64,000 bases of DNA from assembly GCA_963802945.1 (NCBI GenBank), contig CAWDKY010000029.1:64001-128000 (forward strand), given 5' to 3'. This document shows, piece after piece, positions 1-9,005 of the stretch. The notes beneath the pieces were generated by a model. That model did not search any database and was not told the origin of the DNA. It worked only from the letters and a program-made list of their open reading frames with translations. Every line of letters starts with the position of its first letter. The stretch's first letter is position 1. Origin of the DNA: an uncultured delta proteobacterium. Lineage in GTDB: Bacteria; Desulfobacterota; RBG-13-43-22. Position numbers and translations under genes: made by a program.

Positions 1-897
1 GATAATAAGACTATTTACATCAATGCCGCCTATTTCATAAGCCAGCCGTATGTCGATAGAATGACCAAGGACTACAACCGTTATAAATACTGTTTCTCCA
101 CGGCGGCTGACGAAGCGTCGAACATTGCCAAGGTTCACATCGGAATAGTAGATGTCGTGAATACCGCGATCAAAAAAAGCGGCGTAAGCAAGGTTAGAAT
201 AGCACAGATGGTCGAAAAAACGGCCGGCGGCGATTCGATTGTTCAACTGACTTCATCGGTATTTCCCAAAATGGGCATGGAAATATCAGGTAATTGGCGG
301 CCGTCCCCCTCAGCTTCGGACCTCAGGGCGGAGACCGCCGCCATCAAGTCCAGCAACCCGAACATTATTTATACGGTGTTCTCCGGAGCTGGGGGAATCG
401 TCTTCGGCAAGCAGTTGGCCGAGCTTAAAATCCCGGCTATTGTCGCCGGCTCTCCGGCCGCTTCCCTCTTTCCCAAGCAGGGAATTGAATATTCGGTTAC
501 CATGATGGGCGCACAGTCCATTCCGATCAAAATAACAAAAACCAATCTGGCCTTTTATAACGAATTTTTAAAACGCAGCGGCGGTGAATTATGTGTCAAC
601 ACCTTATATGACGCGGTCATGAATCTTGCGCACAACATTGAAGTGACGGGTTCCCTTGATGCGAATGCCCTGATTAAATCCATGGAAACCCAAGAATATG
701 ACGGTATGGCCGGATACGTGAAGTATGATCCGAAAGATCACCGCGTTGTCTACTTGAAGGGATATAAGTCGACCTACGGTGTACAAATGATGCCGGAGGG
801 TGAAGCGGCCATCGTTTGGCCTACGGATGCCGCCGTCAAAGCGAAGCCGGTACAAATCCCTAAGTGGATGATCGATGCCTGGAAGAATGTCAAATAG
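1..897 (+). CDS. ABC transporter substrate-binding protein, branched-chain amino acid (LivK-like) family, 5'-truncated by window edge
   Basis: Frame is open from base 1. Periplasmic binding protein type 1 features (DLRAETAAIKSSNPNII, YDGMAGYVKYD). Lies upstream of LivH/M/G/F homologs. Confidence 0.8.
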   Translation, partial: DNKTIYINAAYFISQPYVDRMTKDYNRYKYCFSTAADEASNIAKVHIGIVDVVNTAIKKSGVSKVRIAQMVEKTAGGDSIVQLTSSVFPKMGMEISGNWRPSPSASDLRAETAAIKSSNPNIIYTVFSGAGGIVFGKQLAELKIPAIVAGSPAASLFPKQGIEYSVTMMGAQSIPIKITKTNLAFYNEFLKRSGGELCVNTLYDAVMNLAHNIEVTGSLDANALIKSMETQEYDGMAGYVKYDPKDHRVVYLKGYKSTYGVQMMPEGEAAIVWPTDAAVKAKPVQIPKWMIDAWKNVK

Positions 898-945
898 GGG
901 GTAATAGAAAAGTTTTTCAATAATTTTGTGATAAATTGACCGGGA

Positions 946-986
946 TTCCGGAAGGGGGCTTAGGACCTTGTGAGCCCTCTTCCGAA
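946..986 (+). terminator. Stem-loop after the substrate-binding protein gene (terminator or mRNA stabiliser)
   Basis: TTCCGGAAGGGGGCT...AGCCCTCTTCCGAA inverted repeat downstream of the stop codon. Confidence 0.5.
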
Positions 987-995
987 AGAATTTAA

Positions 996-1140
996 CAGGG
1001 TGTTAAAAATAATCCTATCCCCGGCGTTTCAAAGGCTTTTCCCAATCCGATCGGTATGTCTTAATTCAAGGTGCGCAAGGAGTGAACCGTGGTATCTGTT
1101 CACCGAAGCGGCCCTGGGCATTCGATGTTGGGAATAAAAA
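996..1140. repeat. Degenerate MITE-like element (CAGG...AAAAA end family)
   Basis: Begins ACAGGGTGTTAAAAA. Contains CAAGGTGCGCAAG, close to the reverse complement of the TTGCGCGCCTT core in the 18683 and 23473 copies. Confidence 0.45.
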
Positions 1141-1205
1141 ACAGCAATCGCGGAGGCGCATTTATTTAAAACCTCAAAAAAGTAAAATAGGAGATTTGGT
1201 AATTT

Positions 1206-2081
1206 ATGATTGCTAATATTTTCGTTATAGGGCTGCTTAACGGCTGCGTCTATGCCCTTTTGGCCTCAGGCTTCAGTCTACTGTTTAGCGTAGCCAGGAT
1301 GTTAAATCTTGCCTATACGGCATTTTGGATGGTTGCCGCCTATATCTTTTTGGGCGGCACATTGTTGGGACTTCATCCTCTTTTGGCTGCTTTGATCTCC
1401 ATTGGGGCCACGATCGTTCTGGGTCTTCTTTTCCAACGCTTGATCGATCCCGTCAAGGGGAATCCCATGTCCGTTATGATTGTGACGCTGGCCATCGCCC
1501 TGATCCTACAAAAGGCCGTCTCATTCGTTCAGGATTCTTTTAAAGGTGTCTATTTTCAGATTGTACCCAGCCTGATTAAAGGTTCGACCAATATCTTAGG
1601 CGTGTCCGTTACCTATCAATACCTACTCAGTCTATTCGTCGTCATATTTGTTTTAGCCGGGCTTTGGCTTTTCCTTACCAAGACAAGGTTCGGCATTGCC
1701 ATCCGCGCCACCTCGGAAGACAAACAGGTAGCGGGCCTGATGGGCATCAATGAAAAAGCGGTCTTGAACATTGTTACGGGAATTGCAGTGGGTGTGGCCG
1801 CTATCGGTGGTGTTGTTGTTTCACCTTTGTATGTTTTGGAGCCGTGGATGTGGCTGCAACACCTCATGGTGCTGATGGGCGTGATTGTTTTCGGCGGTTT
1901 GGGAAGCTTGAAGGGTTGTGCTTGGGCGGCGTTTATTGTTGCCTTTATCGAGGCCGCCATCGTTTTTCTGCTTCCGACCATGGGTTTTCTACGTTCGGCC
2001 ATAGTGATGTTTATCATGATCGTCGTGTTGCTGGTAAGACCCCAAGGGCTGTTCGGAAGCATAATGGAGGAACAACATTAG
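1206..2081 (+). CDS. livH: Branched-chain amino acid ABC transporter permease
   Basis: GLLNGCVYALLASGFSLLF N-terminus, TRFGIAIRATSED and FGGLGSLKG motifs, C-terminal RPQGLFG. Confidence 0.9.
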   Translation: MIANIFVIGLLNGCVYALLASGFSLLFSVARMLNLAYTAFWMVAAYIFLGGTLLGLHPLLAALISIGATIVLGLLFQRLIDPVKGNPMSVMIVTLAIALILQKAVSFVQDSFKGVYFQIVPSLIKGSTNILGVSVTYQYLLSLFVVIFVLAGLWLFLTKTRFGIAIRATSEDKQVAGLMGINEKAVLNIVTGIAVGVAAIGGVVVSPLYVLEPWMWLQHLMVLMGVIVFGGLGSLKGCAWAAFIVAFIEAAIVFLLPTMGFLRSAIVMFIMIVVLLVRPQGLFGSIMEEQH

Positions 2082-2099
2082 AGCTGAAAGGATAGGGTA

Positions 2100-3182
2100 A
2101 TGCAGTTTGGAAAGTTATTAACGTATTTAAAGAACGAAGTTTATTCCGTGCCGACGCGCATGCTGGCGCTGGTTAGTTTGGTCGGCCTTTTTTTAACCCC
2201 TCTTTTTGTAGGTCAGCCCCATATATTACGCTTATTGATCATGATCAATATCTTCTCTATTTTCGCCGCCAGTTGGGATTTGATCAGCGGTTACACCGGC
2301 CAGACCGTTTTGGGGCACGCACTCTTTTTCGGAGTCAGTGCCTACACCTGCGGTATTCTTAACACGATGTTTGGCTGGTCCCCCCTGATCACCATTCCCC
2401 TCGGCTCAATCCTGGCTGTTCTGACCGGGCTGATCGCCGGGTTTCCCGCTTTGAGATTGAAGGGGATATATTTGGGTTTAACGACCATGGCCATGCCGGT
2501 CGTACTGATGGCAGCTATCGAATCATTCCGGGATTTCACGGGCGGTGAACAGGGCATTATCGGCATCGAACAGCTCATAACGAATCGAGTCCGGTTTTTT
2601 TACCTATCCCTGGTGATTATGATTGTGAGCATCACCATTCTGGTGAAGATCACCCGTTCGAAGGTCGGCTTGATCTTTCAGGCGATACGGGACGATGAGA
2701 TTGCCGCACGGGCATCAGGCGTAAACACGACCTATTATAAGCTGCTTTCTTTCAGCGTAAGCGGTTTATTTGCCGGCCTGGCCGGAGGTCTGTATGCCCA
2801 TTTCATGAGAGTGATCGGGCCATCTGTTCTGGATTTCAGCTTCTCGTTTGAGCCGATTATCTGGACGATTTTCGGAGGCGTTGCATCCATCATCGGACCC
2901 GTGGTGGGCGTGTTTATTCTTCTCCCGATTGTGGAGATGCTTCAGGCGCATCTGGGGGATAACGCAACTCTGGTCTATTACCTGATTCTGGTTGTGGTGG
3001 TGATTTTTGCTCCCGGGGGGGTTCTGCGTTGGATAACCAACTATCTGGAAAAGACCTGTCCGGATTGTTCAACAGTGAATGCCTTTACACGCAAGCAATG
3101 CCGGGTCTGCTCCAGACCGTTGAGCCATGAAACCGGTAAGGAAATCGCTACTGAGAATGCCGTGAACAATGTGAGGGGTTAG
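2100..3182 (+). CDS. livM: Branched-chain amino acid ABC transporter permease with C-terminal CxxC-x10-CxxC extension
   Basis: GYTGQTVLGHALFFG, LRLKGIYL, TGGEQGI and AIRDDEIAA motifs. Confidence 0.9.
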   Translation: MQFGKLLTYLKNEVYSVPTRMLALVSLVGLFLTPLFVGQPHILRLLIMINIFSIFAASWDLISGYTGQTVLGHALFFGVSAYTCGILNTMFGWSPLITIPLGSILAVLTGLIAGFPALRLKGIYLGLTTMAMPVVLMAAIESFRDFTGGEQGIIGIEQLITNRVRFFYLSLVIMIVSITILVKITRSKVGLIFQAIRDDEIAARASGVNTTYYKLLSFSVSGLFAGLAGGLYAHFMRVIGPSVLDFSFSFEPIIWTIFGGVASIIGPVVGVFILLPIVEMLQAHLGDNATLVYYLILVVVVIFAPGGVLRWITNYLEKTCPDCSTVNAFTRKQCRVCSRPLSHETGKEIATENAVNNVRG

Positions 3183-3250
3183 ACGTGACCTGAGATTTTA
3201 TTTATCCAACGCTTACCCTATGGACCTGAAGAACCAGAGAGGAGTTTACT

Positions 3251-4012
3251 GTGAGTTTTCTTGAAGTCAAAGGCCTAACAAAACATTTCGGCGGCATCAC
3301 GGCCGTCGACAATGTCAGCTTTCAAGTTCATCCCAATGAAATAGTCGGCCTTATCGGGCCGAACGGCGCCGGAAAATCGACGCTGGTTCAAATGTTGATG
3401 AGAGTCACGAAACCGGACAGCGGTCATATCTATTTCCGGGATGAGGAGATAACGCGTCTTAACAACTGGCAGGCGGTTGGGCGGGGCATTGCTGGTTCCT
3501 TCCAGTGTACCCGGCCTTTTCGCCGTTTACCGGTCATTGCCAATGTCATGGTTCCCTGCACCGTATCACGTGCCTCCAAACGTGGCGGGCAACTGAAACC
3601 GGAAAACCAGGCGATGGAAATCATGAAACGTGTCGGTATCGAGCATCTGGCGAAGACGCCCGCTGCCAAACTATCCCAAGGCGATTTGAAACGATTGGAG
3701 ATTGCCCGGGCTTTGGCCACCTGTCCGGATCTGATGATTCTTGATGAGCCCTTCGGTGGCTTAAATCCTAATGAGGTAGAACTGCTTTCTGGATTAATCA
3801 AAGATTTGCGCGCCGGCGGATGTTCCGACCCTTTGCTCAATAATGAGGGCCTGTCCATAATCATCATTGAGCACAAGCTTTCCGAGCTTATGAAAATTGT
3901 CGATCGGGTGATTGTTCTGTGCTTTGGAGAAGTTCTGGCCGAAGGCACACCGGCGGAGGTAACGCAAAACGAAAAAGTCATTGAGGCCTACATCGGAAAG
4001 GAGGGTATCTAA
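3251..4012 (+). CDS. livG: Branched-chain amino acid ABC transporter ATP-binding protein
   Basis: Walker A GPNGAGKS, LDEP Walker B, IEH motif, C-terminal VIEAYIG. Confidence 0.92.
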   Translation: MSFLEVKGLTKHFGGITAVDNVSFQVHPNEIVGLIGPNGAGKSTLVQMLMRVTKPDSGHIYFRDEEITRLNNWQAVGRGIAGSFQCTRPFRRLPVIANVMVPCTVSRASKRGGQLKPENQAMEIMKRVGIEHLAKTPAAKLSQGDLKRLEIARALATCPDLMILDEPFGGLNPNEVELLSGLIKDLRAGGCSDPLLNNEGLSIIIIEHKLSELMKIVDRVIVLCFGEVLAEGTPAEVTQNEKVIEAYIGKEGI

Positions 4013-4759
4013 TTGCTGCTGGAAGTCGAAAACCTATCCGTGTATTACGACCAGGCCTTGATCCTAAGCGATGTCAATCTGAAGATTGATATAGGCGAAC
4101 TGGTCAGTCTGGTGGGGCCCAACGGTGCGGGGAAAACTACGCTGTTGCGAGCTATATCAGGGATGGTTAATAAAGAAAAGGAGGAGCTGAAGTTCTCCGG
4201 GAGCAGTGTCCGTTTGCTGGGGAAGGTCACCTACCAGGGGGAGCGGATTGATCATTTATTGTCTTATCAAATCGCACGCAAGGGATTGATTCATTGTCCG
4301 GAGCGTCATCGCCCTTTTCCGGGGATGTCGGTGGTCGATAATTTGCGGGCCGGTGCTTTCCTTTGCCGAGACAAAGAGGAAGTCAAACGACGATTGGACA
4401 TTGTCTACGGTTTATTTCCGGTGCTCAAAGAGCGGGGATTCCAAATATCGGGAACGCTTTCCGGGGGCGAGCAGCAGATGCTGGCGATTGGACGGTCCTT
4501 TATGCTTCAGCCCGATCTTCTTTGTATCGACGAACCTTCGTTGGGTCTCGCACCGCAAGTTAAGAAGGTCGTGTTTGAGCAGATCCGTGAAATCCAGAAG
4601 CATGGCATAGCTATTCTTCTTATAGAGCAGGATGTCAAGTTGTCTTTTTCTATATCCGCCAGGAGCTATATTCTTTCCAGCGGAAGAATCGTCGCCGAGG
4701 GCCGTAACGAAGATTTGCTCAAGGATGAAACGGTAAGGGCATCTTACCTGGGATTATGA
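4013..4759 (+). CDS. livF: Branched-chain amino acid ABC transporter ATP-binding protein
   Basis: GPNGAGKTT, LSGGEQQMLAIGR, DEPSLGLAP; ends YLG. Confidence 0.92.
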   Translation: MLLEVENLSVYYDQALILSDVNLKIDIGELVSLVGPNGAGKTTLLRAISGMVNKEKEELKFSGSSVRLLGKVTYQGERIDHLLSYQIARKGLIHCPERHRPFPGMSVVDNLRAGAFLCRDKEEVKRRLDIVYGLFPVLKERGFQISGTLSGGEQQMLAIGRSFMLQPDLLCIDEPSLGLAPQVKKVVFEQIREIQKHGIAILLIEQDVKLSFSISARSYILSSGRIVAEGRNEDLLKDETVRASYLGL

Positions 4760-4864
4760 ACCGGCGTTTAGCGTGTCGGTTTTAGGCTGCGATTCCCATT
4801 GGGACCTGAGAGGTCTGAAGATCAAGGGAATTCTTTTATTGCTTATCATACTCCAATGATCTCT

Positions 4865-5026
4865 CAACCTGGCGTCGTCATCGCCATTTAGACCTTCGGT
4901 GATTTCCTCGGATTCAATCCCCACGGCCACATCCTCGTGACGGACGGCTGCTTTAACGGGAAAAAGGGCATGTCTCGCATTGCCCCGCCTCTGGAACTGA
5001 AAAAAATGGAGGCCATCTTTCGCCGA
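4865..5026 (+). pseudogene. IS91-family (HUH/Y2) transposase fragment
   Basis: Translates QPGVVIAI*TFGDFLGFNPHGHILVTDGCFNGKKG..., matching the xTFG...NPHxHxL..DG HUH motif region of IS91-type transposases. In-frame TAG at 4889 where Gln is expected. No start and no C-terminal part. Confidence 0.75.
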
Positions 5027-5175
5027 CCGAAAATGTCGGTGCTTTTCTTAAACGGTTGCTTCTTTTGTCATCAGATATTATATTTTATTTAGATTCTACT
5101 GACGGCAGGCTTCTTTTTGCAGTCGTAGAAAGAGGCGCAGAAAGGTGCGTCGGAAAATTGTGTTAATGGAGGTCG

Positions 5176-6234
5176 ATGATGCCAGAACGAAGGTTGTCTA
5201 AAGTCATGACAACCAGGGAGGCGATAAGCCGGTTTGTTCGAGACGGTGACAGTGTGATTACGGGCAACTATACGGAGTCTTTACCTCTGAGTCTTATTTT
5301 TGAGATCATCAGACAGCGAAAAAAAGGACTGACTTATTACAGCCAATCCGGCTCGCTCGATGCGGACTTCCTGGTCGCCGGAGACTGCGTCGACAAAATG
5401 ATATCGGCCTTTTTGTCGAAGTTTGGAGGGCGAGATGCGGGCTGCATGGTCGAACGGTACCAGCGCGCCGGGAAGCTACTTGTGGAAGACTATTCGAATT
5501 TCACGTACAGTGCCCGCCTCGCAGCCGGCGCTTACGGTTACTCCTATATGCCGGTCCTTCCGGCCATCATGGACACGGACGTCTTCCGGATCCGGGGCTT
5601 CATGGGAGACCAGAAATTCGGCCTGACAACCTGCCCGTTTACAGGCCGGCAGATCCCCGTCGTTCCGGCGGCTAACCCCGATGTCTGTCTGCTGCATGTC
5701 CAGCGAGCGGATAAATTTGGCAACGCCCAGCATTGGGGCGGCCTGGGTTCCACCGTCCATGCCTGCCTGGCCAGCAAAAAAATCATCGTGACCTGCGAAG
5801 AGATCGTCGACCATGACATCATCATATCAAGTCCCCATTTGACGATTGTCCCCGCCTTCCGCGTCTGTGCCGTCATCGAGGAACCTTACGGCTCGCATCC
5901 CACGGAACTTCCGGGTTACAGAAACAGGGATATGGCGATGAGCAGCCTCATCACGAGTTCCTACACCAAAGAAGAGGGTTTGAAAACCCTGTTCGACGAA
6001 TGGGTTTATGGTTTGCCCGACCGGTCGGCCTACATGGATCATTATATAAAAGTCTTCGGCCAGGTCTCGCTCGACCGCATCCGCGCTAAACCCTACTATT
6101 CGGCACCCGCCAATTACGGCATTGCTTTCGATTCGGGTTGGGATGCGAACGGTCTTGCCTGGGAACTCGGCGTTGATATGGAGGGACTGGAAAGGCTGAT
6201 CGAGCAGAAAGGAGAAATTGTCGATGTTGACTAA
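5176..6234 (+). CDS. CoA-transferase subunit A (family I, glutaconate CoA-transferase GctA-like)
   Basis: EAISRFVRDGD, CPFTG, NPDVCLLHVQRADKFGN, EEPYGSHP motifs. Confidence 0.85.
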   Translation: MMPERRLSKVMTTREAISRFVRDGDSVITGNYTESLPLSLIFEIIRQRKKGLTYYSQSGSLDADFLVAGDCVDKMISAFLSKFGGRDAGCMVERYQRAGKLLVEDYSNFTYSARLAAGAYGYSYMPVLPAIMDTDVFRIRGFMGDQKFGLTTCPFTGRQIPVVPAANPDVCLLHVQRADKFGNAQHWGGLGSTVHACLASKKIIVTCEEIVDHDIIISSPHLTIVPAFRVCAVIEEPYGSHPTELPGYRNRDMAMSSLITSSYTKEEGLKTLFDEWVYGLPDRSAYMDHYIKVFGQVSLDRIRAKPYYSAPANYGIAFDSGWDANGLAWELGVDMEGLERLIEQKGEIVDVD

Positions 6235-7039
6235 GAAAATAACCAGAGCAGAACTACTGGTTGTTGCCGCCGCGCGTCAGATCAAAAATGGCGACGTTGT
6301 TATTCTGGGGATCGGGGTGCCGGTTTATGCCGGCGCCATCGCCAAGAAGACCCATGCCCCCGACGCGGTCCTGGCGCTCGAATCGGGAATTATCGATTTC
6401 GATCCCCTCGTGCCGCCGGTAAATATCGCCGACGCCACCTGCACCCGCGGATATGGCTATGCGACGGACCTGTTCAGCGTCTTTACGACCATCGCTTATG
6501 CCGGATACCTTGACAAGGTCTTTCTCGGCGTCGGCCAGATCGACCGCTACGGTAATCTGAACACGACTTATCTGGGTGAGCCGCCCCAGGCTCAGCGCAT
6601 CACAGCCGCGGGCGGAGCGCCGGATTTTGCCGCCTATGCGAAAGAGACCATCCTTACGATGAAGGGGCAGGGCTTTGTCGAAAAACTGCCTTATCTCACT
6701 TCGCCTGGCTATCTGGGCGGCGGAGACGAGAGAGAAAAATCGGGCCGGTACACGCGCGGCTCCGGTCCAAGCCTCCTTCTCACTCCGAAGGCGATGTTTC
6801 GTTTCCACCATGAAACCAAGGAAATGTACCTCGATGCTTTGTTTCCCGGATTCACGGTGGAGGACATCCGCGCCGACATTCCGTGGGATCTGAAGGTGGC
6901 CGATACACTCAGCCACGTTCCCATTCCCACAGACGAAGAGATCTATTATTTGCGCAAATTTGCCCCGCGCAGCCCTTTCAAGAACAAAATCGGACGGGAA
7001 CTCATGATCGAATATTTTGAAAAGAAGAGAAAGGCGTGA
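6224..7039 (+). CDS. CoA-transferase subunit B (GctB-like)
   Basis: AARQIKNGD, LALESG (catalytic Glu region), GQIDRYGNLNTT, TSPG motifs. Overlaps the subunit A stop; start taken at ATG 6224. Confidence 0.85.
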   Translation: MLTKKITRAELLVVAAARQIKNGDVVILGIGVPVYAGAIAKKTHAPDAVLALESGIIDFDPLVPPVNIADATCTRGYGYATDLFSVFTTIAYAGYLDKVFLGVGQIDRYGNLNTTYLGEPPQAQRITAAGGAPDFAAYAKETILTMKGQGFVEKLPYLTSPGYLGGGDEREKSGRYTRGSGPSLLLTPKAMFRFHHETKEMYLDALFPGFTVEDIRADIPWDLKVADTLSHVPIPTDEEIYYLRKFAPRSPFKNKIGRELMIEYFEKKRKA

Positions 7040-7124
7040 TCATCAAGGGTTTTTTACAACCTTCAAAGGTTTCTCATAGGGATGACTGCCGAAGCGATTG
7101 GGCACCAGGCAATCAGTTTGACAG

Positions 7125-7230
7125 TTTGGGGTCGGGCCACGACAATCTGTTAATTATTCGTAATTAATGTTCTTGAAAAAGGTGTTTTCAAGGCCTATAT
7201 CATCCTTTATGGCCTCCAAAAGAACCTTAT
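7125..7230 (+). repeat. ~105-bp GGGGTCGG-ended repeat, copy 1
   Basis: TTGGGGTCGGGCCACGACAA...AAGGCCTATATCATCC...CCAAAAGAACCTT aligns with the reverse complement of 8510-8612. Confidence 0.6.
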
Positions 7231-7336
7231 AGGAAGCAGCCGCCTCATGAATTTGACTCCCTTCACCTTTGAATAAGGCCTTTTTTCCCATTTCCTTAGT
7301 CTAGTCCGACCTCCATTTAAATTTACGTCAGCTTCC

Positions 7337-7897
7337 TCAACTTGTTGTCCGGCGCCATGATTTCTCCAAATCTCCTGCTTCGGCTGGGCTCCAGGGCTTG
7401 ACCCGAGGCCGCCAGCGTCGAACGCCTGCCTGATAGGCGCTGTAGCTCTCGCCGAATTGCCCCCGAAGCGTCGGCTCCTCGTAAGCGATTACCAAGAGAT
7501 GGAAGAGACACCAGACGACGCCCGTAAAGACAAGCACTCCCAGGCTGCCAAATAGCAGGGCTTGGCCGAGAATAGTCATGACGACGGCTATATACATCGG
7601 ATTCCTGACGTATCGATATAGACCAGACACCACAAGAATTGCTGGAGGCGCCACCGGCGCTGGTGTACCGCGCCCTTGAATTGCAAACCGGGCGAAAGAA
7701 TCCAGTAGGCACGCTGCCCCGATAATGATCAGCAAAACTCCAACCAGGCGTAGGATGCCAAGGCCCAGGAACGGTGGTCCAATCTGCCAGCCGGCAATTT
7801 CACCTGGAATGATACCGGCCACTACGCCGGGTGCCACGCAGAAGAAGATGGCCGTACCCAGCAACGGAGCCAACACACTCTTTTTCTTCTCTCCCAC
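7337..7897 (-). CDS. Isoprenylcysteine carboxylmethyltransferase / PEMT family membrane protein
   Basis: GRGTPAP, LVVSGLYRYVRNPMY, YEEPTLRGQFGESY..Y...V.RW motifs. Confidence 0.88.
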   Translation of the reverse strand: MGEKKKSVLAPLLGTAIFFCVAPGVVAGIIPGEIAGWQIGPPFLGLGILRLVGVLLIIIGAACLLDSFARFAIQGRGTPAPVAPPAILVVSGLYRYVRNPMYIAVVMTILGQALLFGSLGVLVFTGVVWCLFHLLVIAYEEPTLRGQFGESYSAYQAGVRRWRPRVKPWSPAEAGDLEKSWRRTTS

Positions 7898-7973
7898 TCA
7901 CGATCTCCTCTCACCCTGCATTTCCCCTCTGGCCATTCTACATTCTTTCCTTAATCGTTAGTTTAGAGTCACC

Positions 7974-8040
7974 ACTTAAAGTCCAGGATTTTAAACCCGC
8001 CCCAGACCTGTACAAAATTAGTATGCTATCACCGGATTTG
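7974..8040. repeat. ~65-bp repeat, copy 1 (TAAAGTCCA...ACCCG.CCCCAGA..TGTACAAAAT)
   Basis: Aligns with 10453-10520 and, in part, with 8961-8995. Confidence 0.75.
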
Positions 8041-8088
8041 TCGGGGTCCATCGCCACCTACGTTAGGGGGGCCACTTCAAAATTTCAA

Positions 8089-8229
8089 CTAACGTTGCCC
8101 TGCCGGCCCGGGGATGCTGAACTCTGGTGGTTGGTTAGGCGTCTGAACTGGGGGTCCAGTTGCGCATCCCCCAACAAGCAAGATGGTAGTGAGACAAATG
8201 AAAAAAAGAAAGCAACAGGCTATTTTCAT
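8089..8229 (-). CDS. Small predicted lipoprotein (46 aa), absent from the ORF track
   Basis: MKIACCFLFFICLTTILLVGGCATGPPVQTPNQPPEFSIPGPAGQR*. AAGGAAGG RBS, hydrophobic signal region and VGGC lipobox. Confidence 0.6.
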   Translation of the reverse strand: MKIACCFLFFICLTTILLVGGCATGPPVQTPNQPPEFSIPGPAGQR

Positions 8230-8257
8230 CGTTCCTTCCTTTTACTTATTTTTGCTC

Positions 8258-8323
8258 TGCTAACATAGAGCTCAGTTGCGCCGCCGCATCAGCCCGGCAT
8301 CGCACTGAATTCAACGAATACAC
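8258..8323. repeat. Partial attC-like / dispersed repeat
   Basis: TGCTAAC (GTTAGCA core on the minus strand) then ATAGAGCTCAGTTGCGCC...CACTGAATTCAACGAATACAC. The distal part recurs at 27421-27482 and 44058-44119. Confidence 0.45.
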
Positions 8324-8385
8324 CTACAACTGTTTCAAGAATATAGACCGGAAAATTAACAATTGCTATTTGAAGTATTGGTATT

Positions 8386-8489
8386 TGGGGTCAAATCTTT
8401 TATCTTTACATTTTAAAAAAATAGAAAAAGAAATTCAGTCAAGTTTGGAATAAACCGATTGAAATGTAAAGATAAAAGGTTTGACCCCA
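8386..8489. repeat. 28-bp inverted repeat (REP-like, TGGGGTCAAA ends)
   Basis: TGGGGTCAAATCTTTTATCTTTACATTT (8386-8413) and AAATGTAAAGATAAAAGGTTTGACCCCA (8462-8489), one mismatch. Confidence 0.9.
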
Positions 8490-8509
8490 TTTTCACAGTG
8501 TTCAGCTTA

Positions 8510-8612
8510 AAAGCTTCTTTTGGGGGGCAAAAAGATCGGTATAAGGCCTTTTTATCCCCTTATTTTTAGTATCTTCCAGTGGAATTTCACCCTGTTGTTT
8601 TGGTCCGACCCC
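8510..8612 (-). repeat. ~105-bp GGGGTCGG-ended repeat, copy 2
   Basis: Inverted homolog of 7125-7230. A weaker third copy lies at ~9447-9540. Confidence 0.6.
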
Positions 8613-8689
8613 AATTACACAGATCCTGTTCTCATTAGGGTAGGGGAGTAGGCCTTGAATATTACAAATTACAGCGTTAGTGAATCAAT

Positions 8690-8746
8690 AGGGTCAGGTC
8701 TTTTATTGTGGTATTAGTAAAATATCAAGATAAAAGACCTGACCCT
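8690..8746. repeat. 17-bp inverted repeat (REP-like, GGGTCAGGTC ends)
   Basis: AGGGTCAGGTCTTTTAT ... ATAAAAGACCTGACCCT, perfect arms. Confidence 0.9.
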
Positions 8747-8960
8747 TTCCCGCATTGGCCCCGACCCCTCACAAAATCGGGCTTGTGATTTCCCGCATCC
8801 GATTTTTCAGACATAGGAGGGAAGTAGGGAATTCCCTCTCTACACGAATTCGCCTTTATTTTTAAACATTATTTAGACTTCTACTCAGATTTGTAAAGAT
8901 AAATTTCAGATATTCAGTAAGGTTGTTCTAAGGACCTCCTGCTCTTGTAACATCCTGACC

Positions 8961-8995
8961 TAAAGTCCAAGATTATAAACCCGACCCCCAGACCT
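8961..8995. repeat. ~65-bp repeat, partial copy 2
   Basis: TAAAGTCCAAGATTATAAACCCGACCCCCAGACCT, just 3' of the DksA-like gene. Confidence 0.65.
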
Positions 8996-9005
8996 ACCTC
9001 CTTTG

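Noticed and set aside
8088-8141. CTAAC...GTTAGGC as a complete attC site
   Set aside because: The interior is not convincingly palindromic, and the segment is better explained as the 3' half of the 46-aa lipoprotein ORF.
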